Origin: Octopus sinensis
Lineage: Eukaryota
Length of the DNA: 53,746 nucleotides
Reading direction: 5' to 3'
Assembly (NCBI RefSeq): GCF_006345805.1
Contig: NW_021834888.1
Span: 1 to 53,746, forward strand
Shown: in pieces, positions 1 through 11,790 of the stretch
Layout of the letters: each line of letters opens with the position of its first letter
Numbering within the stretch: position 1 is the first letter of the stretch
The notes under the pieces: model-generated
Told to the model about the DNA's origin: nothing
Databases searched by the model: none
The model's input: the letters and a program-made list of their open reading frames with translations, nothing else
Program-made: the position numbers and the translations under genes

Positions 1-255
1 TTACTTGCGATGGATATTTATCCTCATCTTGTTTGTTGTTAACACGTTTTTTGACCTTCTTCAGGGTCTTGGGGAAATTTCAACCTGGGTTCTCATTCCT
101 GAGATATTTTTCGATGTTATTTTATTATTAGTGTTCAGGTCACTGCTTGGAATTGAACTCGGAATCTTGGGTTAGTAGCCTGCACTCTTAACCACTACGC
201 CATATTCCTGTGGGAATATGTAGCCCGCACTCTTAATCACTACGCCATATTCCCG
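1..255 (-). mobile_element. tRNA-headed SINE-like element with Penelope-like tail, plus a partial head duplicate; left member of a head-to-head pair
   Basis: Reverse complement of 256-407: head GGGAATATGGCGTAGTGGTTAAGAGTGC..GAGTTCAATTCC (A/B-box-like), short (AAT)n, then AGGAATGAGAACCCAGGTT. Palindromic junctions CATATTCCTG|TGGGAATATG (210/211) and CATATTCCCG|CGGGAATATG (255/256). Confidence 0.7.
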
Positions 256-340
256 CGGGAATATGGTGTAGTGGTTAAGAGTGCGGGCTACTAACCCCAA
301 GATTCCGAGTTTGATTCCAAGTAGTGACCTGAACACTAAA

Positions 341-374
<34 letters not shown>

Positions 375-407
375 TCGAAAAATACCTTAGGAATGGGAAC
401 CCAGGTT
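256..407 (+). mobile_element. tRNA-headed SINE-like element, 3' truncated
   Basis: A-box-like TGGTGTAGTGG, B-box-like GAGTTTGATTCC, (AAT)n, then AGGAATGGGAACCCAGGTT; inverted copy of 85-210. Confidence 0.7.
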
Positions 408-1024
408 CTAACAAGTTTAGCTACTTTATAGTGGGCTATTTTTTTTGGCTCTATATACATATAAGATAGTAGGGTCCAATTTGAGGGAGATTTGGCTACT
501 ATTTCTAATATGGTTCATCAACTAATTATGTATGTATGTATGTAAGTGTCTGTCTATCTCTATATATTTATGAATATATCTGTGAACATGAGACAAAAAG
601 ATGTAACTTGAGGGAGATTTGGCTGCCTTTTCTATGCACACTAAAGGTTTCTTTTGTTACCTCATACATATATGCAGACATGTCTGCTATTTCTGTTAGC
701 TCCCTTGGCTACATAGAGGCTCCCGTATTGGCTTAGAAAGGAGGTGGTTGTGGGTGATGGTGAGTAACTCCCTGAAAGTTAATTATCTGCTGTAATTGTA
801 TGTCAGAAAAGCTATTAATTAACAAGATATATTGATTGGAATTTATATATTATGTTTTATTGGAAGTCATTATTTTAACCTCTTCACTGCAAAAAACAGA
901 TATATCTGTTAGAAATTTCGTTAACCTTAGCTGCGGAGGGAGGTTTTGTTTACCAATCAGCATTTTATTGAGGAATGTTATGTTTGAAACTATTTTTATT
1001 TTGAAAGATGTCTAGTTTATATTA

Positions 1025-1170
1025 TGGTGGTGCATAGTTTAGTGGTTAGAGTGTTGAACACATGACTGTAAGATTGTGGTTTCCATTCCTGGAAAGGGCA
1101 GTGCATTGTATTTTTGAGCAAAACACTTCATTTCTCATTTCTCCAGTCCACTCAGCTGACGACAATGTGC
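1025..1170 (+). mobile_element. degenerate tRNA-derived SINE (family D)
   Basis: GCATAGTTTAGTGGTTAGAGTG head and TTGAGCAAAACACTT..CTCCAGTCCACTCAGCTG body, shared with 23670 and 29463. Confidence 0.6.
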
Positions 1171-1326
1171 AATCCTACTGCTGGTGCCATGTAAAAAGCG
1201 CCGAAAACACTCTGTAAAATGGTTGGGTTTTCTATTGAGTTTAGAGACAGTACTGTAAGTTATGATGTTTTGTAAACAAATACAGCTATTTAAAGAGTGT
1301 GATTGGAAATAGAAAAACAGGTAGTG

Positions 1327-1371
1327 AGTGTATATGCATATTTCGAGGATTATTGTCCTCTCATCAGCACC
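1327..1371 (-). ncRNA. type I hammerhead ribozyme motif, canonical core
   Basis: Minus strand: GGUG-CUGAUGA-GAGGA caauaa UCCUC-GAA-AUAUGCAUAU-A-CACU. 5-bp stem II closed by G-C, palindromic stem III, AUA cleavage triplet, 4-bp stem I with one G-U. Confidence 0.8.
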
Positions 1372-1450
1372 TGATCCAACCCTTCAGCTATCTATAAACA
1401 CATTGTGTAAATATCCTCTATATTTAGTGATGTAGCATAATTGGATAGAC

Positions 1451-1792
1451 CAGTGGTTCTCAACTGGGATCCAGAGGGTCCCTGGGGGTCCTTGCATGCA
1501 AAGTATTAAATTGGGTATGCACAGTAGTATATGAAGGGTCCACGAAAAAATTTTGATTTGCATGTATTTATTGGAACAAACAGCTAGGTTTTTTTCTTTA
1601 ATGTTTTATATAGTTGAACCTACACAAGGGAATGTGTGAAAAACAAAATAGGAATTTTGAAAGAAGTTTCTATAAAACTAGTTTTTAAACATTGAGAGAC
1701 TGTGAGTGTGTGTGTGTGTGGGGGGGGGGAGTCCACCAGAATAAAATAGTAATCAAAGGGGTCCTAAGGTAAAAAATGGTTGAGAACCACCG
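1451..1792. mobile_element. hAT (Charlie-like) MITE
   Basis: TIRs CAGTGGTTCTCAAC / GTTGAGAACCACCG; perfect 8-bp TSD GGATAGAC at 1443-1450 and 1793-1800. Confidence 0.9.
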
Positions 1793-1808
1793 GGATAGAC
1801 CAACTTTA

Positions 1809-2199
1809 TTCTTTTATTCTTTTACTTGTTTCAGTCATTTGACTGTGGCCATGCTGGACCGCCTTTAGAGCAAATCGACCCCAGGACTTATTCTTTGTAA
1901 TCCTAGTACTTATTCTATTGGTCTCTTTTGCCGAACCACTAAGTTACGGGGACGTAAACACACCAGCATCGGTTGTCAAGTGATGTTGGGGGGACAAACA
2001 CAGACGCACAAATATATATACACACACACAGGTATATATATGATGGGCTTCTTTCAGTTTCCGTCCACCAAATCTACTCACAAGGCTTTGGTTGGCCCGA
2101 AGCTCTAGTAGAAGACAGTGGCCCAAGGTGCCACGCAGTGGGACTGAACCTGGAGCCATGTAGTTGGTAAGCAAGCTACTTACCACACAGCCACTCCTG
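1809..2199 (-). mobile_element. tRNA-derived SINE family A, full length
   Basis: Head GCAGGAGTGGCTGTGTGGTAAG..GGTTCAGTCCC, central GCCTTGTGAGTAGATTTGGTGGACGGAAACTGAAAGAAGCCC, internal microsatellite, tail GACTGAAACAAGTAAAAGA; many copies in the window. Confidence 0.85.
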
Positions 2200-2204
2200 C
2201 GTGA

Positions 2205-2271
2205 ATATATGTAAGATATCTATATCTATATATATATATCTATATGATATCTATCTATCTATCTATCTATC

Positions 2272-2347
<76 letters not shown>

Positions 2348-2530
2348 TTGTATATATTTGTGTGTATGTATGTATCCATTTATGGTTATAGGTTTCTGTG
2401 TATTTGTATGTATATATGTATATGCATGTTAGTGAATATATAAGTATGCATGCATGTTTATATATACACACATGTGTTTATGTATGTGTATATATATGTA
2501 CCCATATTGATGTATGTGTGTATGTACAAG
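2205..2530. repeat. compound (TA)n/(CTAT)n/(GTAT)n microsatellite
   Basis: Direct inspection. Confidence 0.95.
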
Positions 2531-3096
2531 TCATACATACATTTTGGTCACCTCAAACCCCATCCACTTTATATCTCCTTAACCACCCCCATCCTTCCCC
2601 TACCATCCACCTAGGCACTCCATACTCAATCCACCCTAAGTACCCCCACTCCCCCACCATATCTACTTAGGCCATCCCCCCTGCTCTACTCCACCCGTCA
2701 CCCCCCCCCGTTGGGTATAGTCAATGGGTTATTGCTTTTATTAATTTGTCCTTTGGTTTGGGGTGGTGAGGCATGTATGATATTCTGGTGGTACGGAGGC
2801 GGGAGGGACGTCGCCTGGGTGGTGCAGAGTTGTTAAATTTCAATAATAAAACTTTATGGGTTCTTTATAGGAAAATGTGTGTATGTGTGTTTATTTGTGT
2901 GTGTGTCCGTGTGTCCTAGTTTTTATGGAAGTAAGAGTAAATGAGTTTAAACATTCCCTTTATGTGTGTTGTTGCTGTTGTTTAGCCCAAGGTCACCTCA
3001 AACCCAGCAGACCTGTGATCAGAACTGATCCAGCTATGACCATCCCGTCTTTCATTTTTCAGACATATTACCATATTTTCTGGCAAGAAGCCTCAA

Positions 3097-3510
3097 AGGC
3101 GGCAAGCTGGCAGAAACGTTAGCATGCTGGGTGAAATGCTTAGTGGTATTTCGTCTGCCGCTACGTTCTGAGTTCAAATTCCGCCGAGGTCGACTTTGCC
3201 TTTCATCCTCTCGGGGTCAATAAATTAAGGACCAGTTACGCACTGGGGTCAATATAATCGACTTAATCCGTTTGTCTGTCCTTGTTTGTCCTCTCTGTGT
3301 TTAGCCCCTTGTGGGTAGTAAAGAAGTAGGTATTTCGTCTGCCGCTATGTTCTGAGTTCAAATTCCGCCGAGGTCAAGTTTGCCTTTCATCCTTTCAGGG
3401 TCGATTAAATAAGTACCAGTTATGCACTGGGGTCGATGTAATCGACTTAATCCCTTTGTCTGTCCTTGTTTGTCCCCTCTGTGTCTAGCCCCTTGTGGGC
3501 AATAAAAAAA
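3097..3510 (+). mobile_element. SINE family B tandem: one full copy plus one 5'-truncated copy
   Basis: GGCGGCAAGCTGGCAGAAACGTTAGC head; core TTTGCCTTTCATCCT(T)TCGGGGTCGATAAATTAAGTACCAG, which recalls the MetaSINE domain; tail GCCCCTTGTGGG..AATAAA. Second copy starts at about 3326. Confidence 0.85.
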
Positions 3511-3549
3511 TAAAATTTCCTCCTAACACCCCTCCCTTTCTTGTGGCCA

Positions 3550-3740
3550 TCCACTACATTCCCTCCACCTCCCACTCCCCTTCACCTCACCCCCTCCACC
3601 CCCACTCCCCTCACCCCCACTCCCCTCCACCCCACTCCCCTCCACCCCCACTCCCTCACACCCACTCCCCTCCACCCCACTCCACCACCCACCTCTCCTC
3701 CTCCCACTCCCCTCCACTCCCACCCCTCCACCTCCCACAT
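3550..3740. repeat. C-rich low-complexity tract (CCCCACTCCCCTCCA-like), G-quadruplex-prone on the minus strand
   Basis: Many runs of 3-5 C separated by 1-4 nt. Confidence 0.8.
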
Positions 3741-4039
3741 ACACATGCATATCTATATGCACATGTGCATACACACACACACGTGCGCATGTGCACACAC
3801 ACATGCATATATATAAGCATGTATCTTTTATTCTTCATCTTTTACTTGTTTCAGTCATTATAGACTGTGGCCATGCTGGAGCACCGTCTTCAAGAATTTT
3901 TAGTCACATGACTCAATTCCAGTACTTTCTTTAAAAGCCTAGTACTTATTCTATTGATCTCTATTGCTGAACTGTTAAGTTACAGGGACATAAACACACA
4001 AACACCTGTTGTCAAGCCGTAGTGGAGGACAAATAGACA

Positions 4040-4645
4040 CAAAGGCACACACACACACACACACACATGCACATGTGCTCTCACACACACACAATCTCTC
4101 TCTCAAATACACATTCTCTCACATTCACACACATACTCTCTCACATGCACTCTCTTTCTCTGTCTCTCTGACACACACACACAAACATACACGCACATAC
4201 ACATGCACTCTCTCTTTCTCTGTCTCTCTGTCTCTTTGTCTGTCTGTCTCTCTCTCTCTCTCTCACACACTCTCTTTCACATACACATACACTCTCTCTC
4301 ACATACACACACTCTCACACGTTCTCCCTGACATGCACTCTCTCTCTCTCTCTCTCTCTCTGTCTCTGTCTCTGACATGCACATACACACACACACACAT
4401 GCTCACATTCTCTCTTTTTCTCTCTCACACTCTTACGTACTCTTATCACATACATACTTTCACACACTCTCACACGTACTCTCTCATGCACTCTCTCTCT
4501 GCCTGCCTGCCTGCCTGCCTGTCTGTCTGTCTATCTGTCTGTCTGCCTCCCTCTCTCTCTCTCTCTCTCCACACACACAGACACACAGACACACACACAG
4601 ACACACACACAGACACACAGACACACACACACACACACACACACC
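4040..4645. repeat. compound (CA)n/(CT)n/(CTGC)n microsatellite
   Basis: Direct inspection; explains ORFs 4009..4653 and 4377..4703. Confidence 0.95.
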
Positions 4646-4864
4646 TTACTTAACATACCTTTCTGTCTATCGCATTTCATTCAACAACAAACATGGTTGG
4701 TGACTTGGTGAACCTGCAACTATAAGTGCGACCATTTGTCTCAAGTGGCATATAGTGTGGGATTGAACCTGGAACTAAATGTTTACGAGTGAAACTTGAC
4801 CGTATGGCCAATGCCTGCAGCCACTTAATGAATCAGTTATTTCTCCAAATTTTTATATCAAGGT

Positions 4865-4930
4865 ATGTAGTAGCAGTAGTAGTGGTATTTTACTTACATT
4901 GAGTAAAAATTATGTTGATGGCAGTGATGG

Positions 4931-4963
<33 letters not shown>

Positions 4964-6050
4964 CAGTGATGGTGATGGTAGTAGTGGTGGTAGTAGTGTG
5001 GTGGTAGTGGTAGCGGTAGTAGTGATAATGGTAATGATGATGGTGGTGGTAATGGTGATGGTGGTGGTTGTAGTAATGATCGTTGTGGTAGCATTGGTGG
5101 TAGTGGTGGTGGTGGTGGTAGTGATAGTGGTAGTAATGGTGGTGGTCGTCGTTGTAGTAAGTATAGTGGTGTTAGTGTTGTTGGTGGTGGTAGTGATAAT
5201 AGTGATGATAGTGGTGGTAATGGTGGTAGTATTAGTTGTCGTGGTTGTAGTAAAGATAGTGGTAGCGTTGTTGTTGGTGGGAGTGGTGGTAGTACTAGTG
5301 ATGATAGTGGTGGTGGTAGTGTTAGTGGTAGTGGTGGTGGCTGTAGTAAAGATGGTGGTATTGTTGTTGGTGGGAGTGGTGGTAGTACTAGTGATGATTG
5401 TGGCGGTAGTGGTAGTGGTGGTGGTAGTGTTGTTGGTGGTGTTGGTGTTGGTGGTAGTGTTGTAGCTGGTGGTAGTGCTAGTAGTGGTGATAGTGATGGT
5501 GGTGTTGGTAGTGGTAGAGATACTAGTAGTGATGATAGTGGTGGTGGTAGTGTTGGTGGTGTTGGTGGTAGTGGTGGTGGTTGTAGTAAAGATGGTGGTA
5601 TCGTTGTTGGTGGGAGTGGTGGTAGTACTAGTGATGATTGTGGCGGTAGTGGTAGTGGTGGTGGTAGTGTTGTTGGTGGTGTTGGTGTTGGTGGTAGTGT
5701 TGTAGCTGGTGGTAGTGCTAGTAGTGGTGATAGTGATGGTGGTGTTGGTAGTGGTAGAGATACTAGTAGTGATGATAGTGGTGGTGGTAGTGTTGGTGGT
5801 AGTGTTGGTGGTGTTGGTGGTAGTGGTGGTGGTTGTAGTAAAGATGGTGGTATCGTTGTTGGTGGGAGTGGTGGTAGTACTAGTGATGATAGTGGCGGTA
5901 ATGGCAGTGGTGGTGGTAGTGTTGTTGGTGATGTTGGTGGTGGTGGTAGTACTAGTAGTGGTGGTAGTGATGGTGGTGTTGGTAGTGGTAGAGATAGTGG
6001 TAGTGATGGCAGTGTTGGTAATGGTAGTGGTGGTGGTGGTGATGACGGCT
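4865..6050. repeat. (GGT/AGT/GAT) triplet-derived minisatellite with 240-bp higher-order repeat
   Basis: Landmarks TGTAGCTGGTGGTAGTGC at about 5461 and 5701 and GTAGAGATACTAG at about 5515 and 5755 recur 240 bp apart. Confidence 0.9.
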
Positions 6051-6199
6051 TGTAATGGTTGTTCAAATGTAACATTTACAAAACAGGTTTGAATACTAAA
6101 ATAGTATAGAAAAAAAAATATAATTAAGTAAAATTAAAAACTAAAAATGAATAAAATGTATTATATCAACTACTACAGTTCGTTTGATGTCTGTTATCT

Positions 6200-6285
6200 C
6201 ATATATACATGTATGTGTTATATATACATACATACATATATATGTGTATATACACACACACATACATACATCATACATACATACA

Positions 6286-6317
<32 letters not shown>

Positions 6318-6584
6318 CACATACATACACACACATACATACATACATACATAGATGCATACATACATACATACTTTACATACATACATACATATATGTT
6401 TATATATATGTATATATATATATATATATTGTACACATACGCCATGTTATAAATAAATACCATCTCAAAGACAAGTACTATAAATCAAAACATTGTTCAT
6501 CTTTTTTGAAATAATATACATACATTCCTACATGAATATACATATGTACATATATATATTTTTGCATTTATATATGTGTGTGTG

Positions 6585-6646
<62 letters not shown>

Positions 6647-6717
6647 GCACCCCCACACACATATATTTTTCTGTAGTTTCAGCTCAGAGCTGCGGCCATG
6701 CTGATGCACCGCCGTTT

Positions 6718-6755
<38 letters not shown>

Positions 6756-7043
6756 TGTGCATATATATATTATTATATATATATATGCATACATATATAT
6801 ACACACATATGCATATATTTATATATATATACATATGGATATATTTATATATAATATACATATGCACATACTTACATATATATATATTATATATATATAT
6901 ATATATATTATATATCTATATATATATATATATATGTACAGACACATATGCATACATATATATATATATATACACACACATGCATATATATATTATATAT
7001 ACATATGCATACATACATACATAATATTATATATACACATATG

Positions 7044-7083
<40 letters not shown>

Positions 7084-7170
7084 TATGCATATATATATAC
7101 ATATAATGCATGTATATGCATATATATATATATATTTAATATACGCATATGCATATATATATATATAATA
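6200..7170. repeat. (TACA)n/(TA)n microsatellite fields
   Basis: Direct inspection; includes a SINE-A tail fragment at about 6650-6715. Confidence 0.9.
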
Positions 7171-8648
7171 GAATGAATAAAAAAAGCATTAAATGAACGA
7201 AGCCTAGCATAAAACTTGCTTCAAAATGCATTTTATTTTCCTTTATTTTGTTTTTCTAAACATCGATATTTAAAACGAAAATGACTTAGCAAATCTTCAA
7301 GTGTCCATGTGTGTATGGAAGGGGTATTTACATGTGTGAGTGTGTGTGTGCGTGAGAAATAGAGAGAGGGGGAGAGTGGTGTGTGTGTGTGTGATAGGTT
7401 TTTACAGCTGCAGTCCTTATTTTTTGTTTTATTACAGCCACAGAAAAAAAAAAAAAAAGAATCCAATTTGTACTCCTTGGAAATTACCATTGTTGTAACC
7501 ATCCAACGTCCATTTTTGTTTTCCATGTTGGCATGAAATGGATGGTTTTACACAAGCTTGTGAGCAAAGGGACTGTGCATAGCTTAAATTTCTTCTTTGG
7601 TATGGTTTCTATGGATGGATGCTCTTCCTAACACTAACCACTTTACAGAGTATACTGGGTTTGTTTTTTATGTGGCACCTGCACCTTTGGGGTCACCAAG
7701 AAAATTGCATGACAAGACCCATCTCAATTGAGGGACGGATTGGTATTGATAGAGATGGCTTCATGCCATGTGACAAGAGGTTAAAATATGATTGGTGTGG
7801 GCATAGCTGTGTGGTAAGAAGGCGGCTAACTGTCAGAAATGTTAGCATGACCCCAGTGCATAACTGGTACTTAATTTATCGACCCTGAAAGGATGAAAGG
7901 CAAAGTCGATCTCGGCGGAATTTGAACTCAGAACGTAACATTCAGCTGATGATTGTGTGTTTATGTCCTCGTAACTTAGCGGTTTGGCAAAAGTGACTGA
8001 TAGAATAAGTACTAAGCTTACAAAGACTAAGTCTTGGGGGCGATTTTCTCGGCCAAAGGTGATGCTCCAGTATGGCTGCAGTCAAATGACTGAAACAAGT
8101 AAAAGAACACCAAACCCACAAACAAGGGTTTGGTTGGGCTGGCCTATAGTAGACGACACTTGCCAAAGGTGCCGTGCAGTGGGGCAGAACCTAAGACCAC
8201 ATGTTGCAAGCAAGCTTAATGCAAGCATGACTATGTAGTTAAGAAGTTAACTTTGCTACCACATGACTTCAAGTTCACTTCTTCTGCATGAAACCATTGG
8301 TAGGTCTTGTCTTAGAACCCCAAGTTAAGCATTAGGGTCGATGGAATTGATTTGCTCTCTCCCAACGAAGTTTCAGGCCCTTTTTGTCCACAGCAAAAAG
8401 AATTATTATTATTGACCAGGCTCCCGTGGCTTTTATGGGTTTTTCCATGTGAGACCTTTTCTTTTTTCGAAGCGTCTCCTCTATTGGGAGTTTTTCGTTG
8501 TTAAAATTTTGATTGTTAAACTGCTTTTTACTCGTTTTCTTTCACAAACGGATAAAACCTTTTGTAACCTTTCGTCCTGTTTTGTCCCTTTATGTTTTCC
8601 AATCATATTTGTCAGCCCTTTGTGGCCAATAAAAAGAATTAATTATAA

Positions 8649-8697
<49 letters not shown>

Positions 8698-8894
8698 GTT
8701 ATTGTTATTATTATTATTATTATTGTTATTATTATTATTGTCGTTGTTATCATCATTATCGTCATCATCATCATCATAAACATTTTTCTTTCTTTTGCTT
8801 TTGATTTCTCTCTTTAAAAAATGCATAATTATCCTTCCACATACATATACTTTCGTTTTATTACACATACAGACAACAGACATACTGTCACACT

Positions 8895-8926
<32 letters not shown>

Positions 8927-9452
8927 TGCACACACACATATATGCACATGTATCCATCTTTGTATGTATGTGTGTGTGTGCATATACATATATATATATA
9001 TAGATACATCTATATATATATATACATATACATATATATATATAAACTGCATGTATATATATATATATATGTAATGCATGTGTATATATAAAATGTATGT
9101 GTATATGTATATACGTGTATGTGGGGAGAGAGAGAGAGACACGCACACACACACACACACACACCACACACACAAATAAAATATGTGTGTGTGTATGTGT
9201 GTACGGAATCAAAAAGGCTGGCTTGTTGTGAAAGACAATAAAGGCCTAAGGAGAAAGATCTCCCCAGGATATTAAATAAATAGGACTGTGGGTTGTTAAA
9301 ATTTCTCTTTGTTAAACTCCAACAATTTGTCTGATGTTGAAAGTTCATTTCCTTGTGACCTGAAGCTTATCCAGGTCAGTTTTTTTATTATTATTTTATT
9401 CTTAATTATATATATATATATATGTGTATATATATATATGTATGTATGTATG

Positions 9453-9486
<34 letters not shown>

Positions 9487-9496
9487 ATATATATAT

Positions 9497-9542
<46 letters not shown>

Positions 9543-9682
9543 ATATATAAAAGGTTTATATCTTTGAAATAATATCATAGAGGTCAGAATTTTATTTTGA
9601 TTAAATTTCAAAGAGTGTTTTGTGTGTGCGTGTGTGTGTGTGTGTGTAAGTGTGTATGATATATATGGTTCAAAAATGTATT

Positions 9683-9850
9683 AAAAAAATACAAAAGACA
9701 ATGACAGGTGAAGGAGCAAGAAACAAGCTGTATTAGTTTGACGCTTTGAGAAAAATGGAAGAGTCTTCAATGTTTCGAACCTATGCTCTTCTACGGAAAG
9801 GAATGAGGAAAGAAAACAGATGGAGAGAAGAAAAAAGTGAAGTGAGAAGG
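9683..9850 (-). mobile_element. Penelope-like non-autonomous repeat (family Y) with degenerate hammerhead at 9765-9800
   Basis: Homologous to the 45491-45853 units. Minus-strand motif CUUU-CCGUAGA-A-GAGC auag GUUC-GAAAC-AUU-GAAG. Confidence 0.65.
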
Positions 9851-9968
9851 AATAAATGTGCCTGGATTCACAGTTATGCATAAAGCTTTGTATATATGTG
9901 TCCACTACACACATTTTTCTCTGTTTTTTTCTCTCCTTTTTTCTCTCCTTGTTTTTTTTTCTGTGTCC

Positions 9969-10004
9969 CTTTCTGTAGAAGAGCGTAGGCTCGAAACGTA
10001 AAAG
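9969..10004 (+). ncRNA. minimal type I hammerhead motif with A6U core variant (family Y)
   Basis: CUUU-CUGUAGA-A-GAGC guag GCUC-GAAAC-GUA-AAAG; stems I and II pair perfectly. Confidence 0.6.
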
Positions 10005-10244
10005 ACTTTTTCTATTCCTTGTCTGTGTTTGCCCCACCCTGCCTTCCCAACATCGCTTGACAACCGATGCTGGTGTGTGTTTACGTCCTCGTGACTTAGC
10101 GGTTCGGCAAAAGAGGCCGATAGAATAAGTACTAGGCTTACAAAGAATAAGTGCTGGGGTCGATTTGCTCGACTAAAGGCGGTGCTCCAGCATGGCCACA
10201 GTCAAATGACTGAAACAAGTAAAAGAATAATATGAAGTCGGGTT

Positions 10245-10495
10245 CCCTTTAGACACAACAAAGCCCATTTTAGACATAACAAAATCCCTGTTAAATATAA
10301 AAAAGGCTTATTAGATATAAAACAAAATCCTGTTAGATATAAATGAAATTTTGTTAGAAATAACCATACTCTATTACAAATAACGAAGTCCCGTTAGATG
10401 TAATGAAGCCTCATTAGATATAATGATGTCTCATTAGATTTAACGGAGTCTTTTTAGATATAACAATACTCTAATTAGAGATAAATTTTGCACTC
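10245..10495. repeat. degenerate ~20-22 bp minisatellite, about 12 units
   Basis: Units resemble TTAGATATAACGAAGTCCCG, e.g. TTAGATGTAATGAAGCCTCA, TTAGATATAATGATGTCTCA, TTAGATTTAACGGAGTCTTT. Confidence 0.8.
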
Positions 10496-10567
10496 AATTT
10501 TGATTGGATTGCAAGATCAAGGTCAAGTGTAAAAGATTTCCAGCTGTATTTTGGTCAATATGTCTGT

Positions 10568-10599
<32 letters not shown>

Positions 10600-10724
10600 C
10601 CCACTCTGTTGATTGCATCACAGGATCAGGGTCAAGTATTAGATTTCAAGCTGCAGTTGTGGGTGTGGGTGTATTTACTGTATTTGAGAGGACACATCAA
10701 GCTAAGTAAAATCACAGCCATCTA

Positions 10725-10739
<15 letters not shown>

Positions 10740-10764
<25 letters not shown>

Positions 10765-11090
10765 GTTTAACGTACGCTTTCCATGCTAGCATGGGTTGGA
10801 CGATTTGACAGAGGACTGGTGAACCAGATGGCTGCACCAGACTCCAATCTGATCTGGCAGAGTTTCTACAGCTGGATGCCCTTCCTAACGCCAACCACTC
10901 CGAGAGTATAGTGGGTGCTTTTACGTGCCACCGGCACGAGGGCCAGTCAGGCGGTACTGGCAACGGCCATGCTCAAATGGTGTTTATTTTATGTGCCACC
11001 TGCACAGGAGCCAGTCCAGCGGCACTGGCAACGACCTCGCTCGAATATTTTTTCACGTGCCACCAGCACAAGTGCCAGTAAGGCGGCGCA
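10740..11090 (-). mobile_element. SINE family C with RTE-like (GAT)n 3' tail
   Basis: Minus strand: GTGGTTGGCGTTAGGAAGGGCATCCAGCTGTAGAAAC..CCAACCCATGCTAGCATGGAAAGCGTACGTTAAACGATGATG. Further copies at about 11285, 15935, 24885, 25945, 31345, 31775, 32985, 38290, 52580 and 53565. Confidence 0.85.
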
Positions 11091-11449
11091 GGTAACAAAT
11101 ATTCAAACATATCCTTTATGGTCATGCCTCCACATCCTTTCCTCTCCCAATTGAGAAGTCTTTGTCTTGCAGGTACTGGTTCCACATGCAATGCACTCAT
11201 ACCTGTGCCACATGCAATGCATTCATGCTAGTGCCATGTACGATGCTCTTATGCCGGCGTCACGTGAGATCACCCATGCTGGCGGCATTTAAAAAACTCC
11301 CAGCATATTTTGTAAAGTGGTTGGCACTAAGAAGGGCATCCAGCTGTTGAAATCCTGCCAGAAACAGACAAATGGACCCTGGACAGCTCTACTGTAGCCT
11401 CAGGCTGACCAAAGCCTTATGAGTGGATTTGAGAGACAGAATCTGAAAT

Positions 11450-11790
11450 TGTGTGTGTTCGTGTGTGTGTGTGTGTGTGTGCGCACGCGTGTGTGTGTGA
11501 GTGCATGCATGCATGCGTGTGTTTGTACACGTGTGTGTGTGTGTGTGTGAGTATGTATACATGTGTGCTTGCATGTGTGTGTTTGTATACATGTGTGTGT
11601 GTGAGTGCGTGCAAGCATGCATGCATGTGTTTGTGTGCACGCGTGTGTGCATGAGTATCTATACATGCGTGCTTGTGTGTGTGAGTATGTGTGTGTGAGT
11701 GCGTGCATGCATGCATGTGTTTGTGCACATGTGTGTGAGTGTGCATACATGCGTGCTTGTGTGTGTGTGAGTGTGTGTGCATGCGTGTCT
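11450..11790. repeat. (GT)n/(GCAT)n microsatellite inside SINE-A remnants
   Basis: Direct inspection. Confidence 0.95.

Noticed and set aside
41-68. Hammerhead core remnant CUGAAGA on the minus strand
   Set aside because: Stem II is essentially deleted and GAAA is mutated; not a functional fold in this copy.
256-330. tRNA gene
   Set aside because: A/B boxes are present but there is no acceptor stem or cloverleaf closure; these are SINE heads, as are all tRNA-like sequences in the window.
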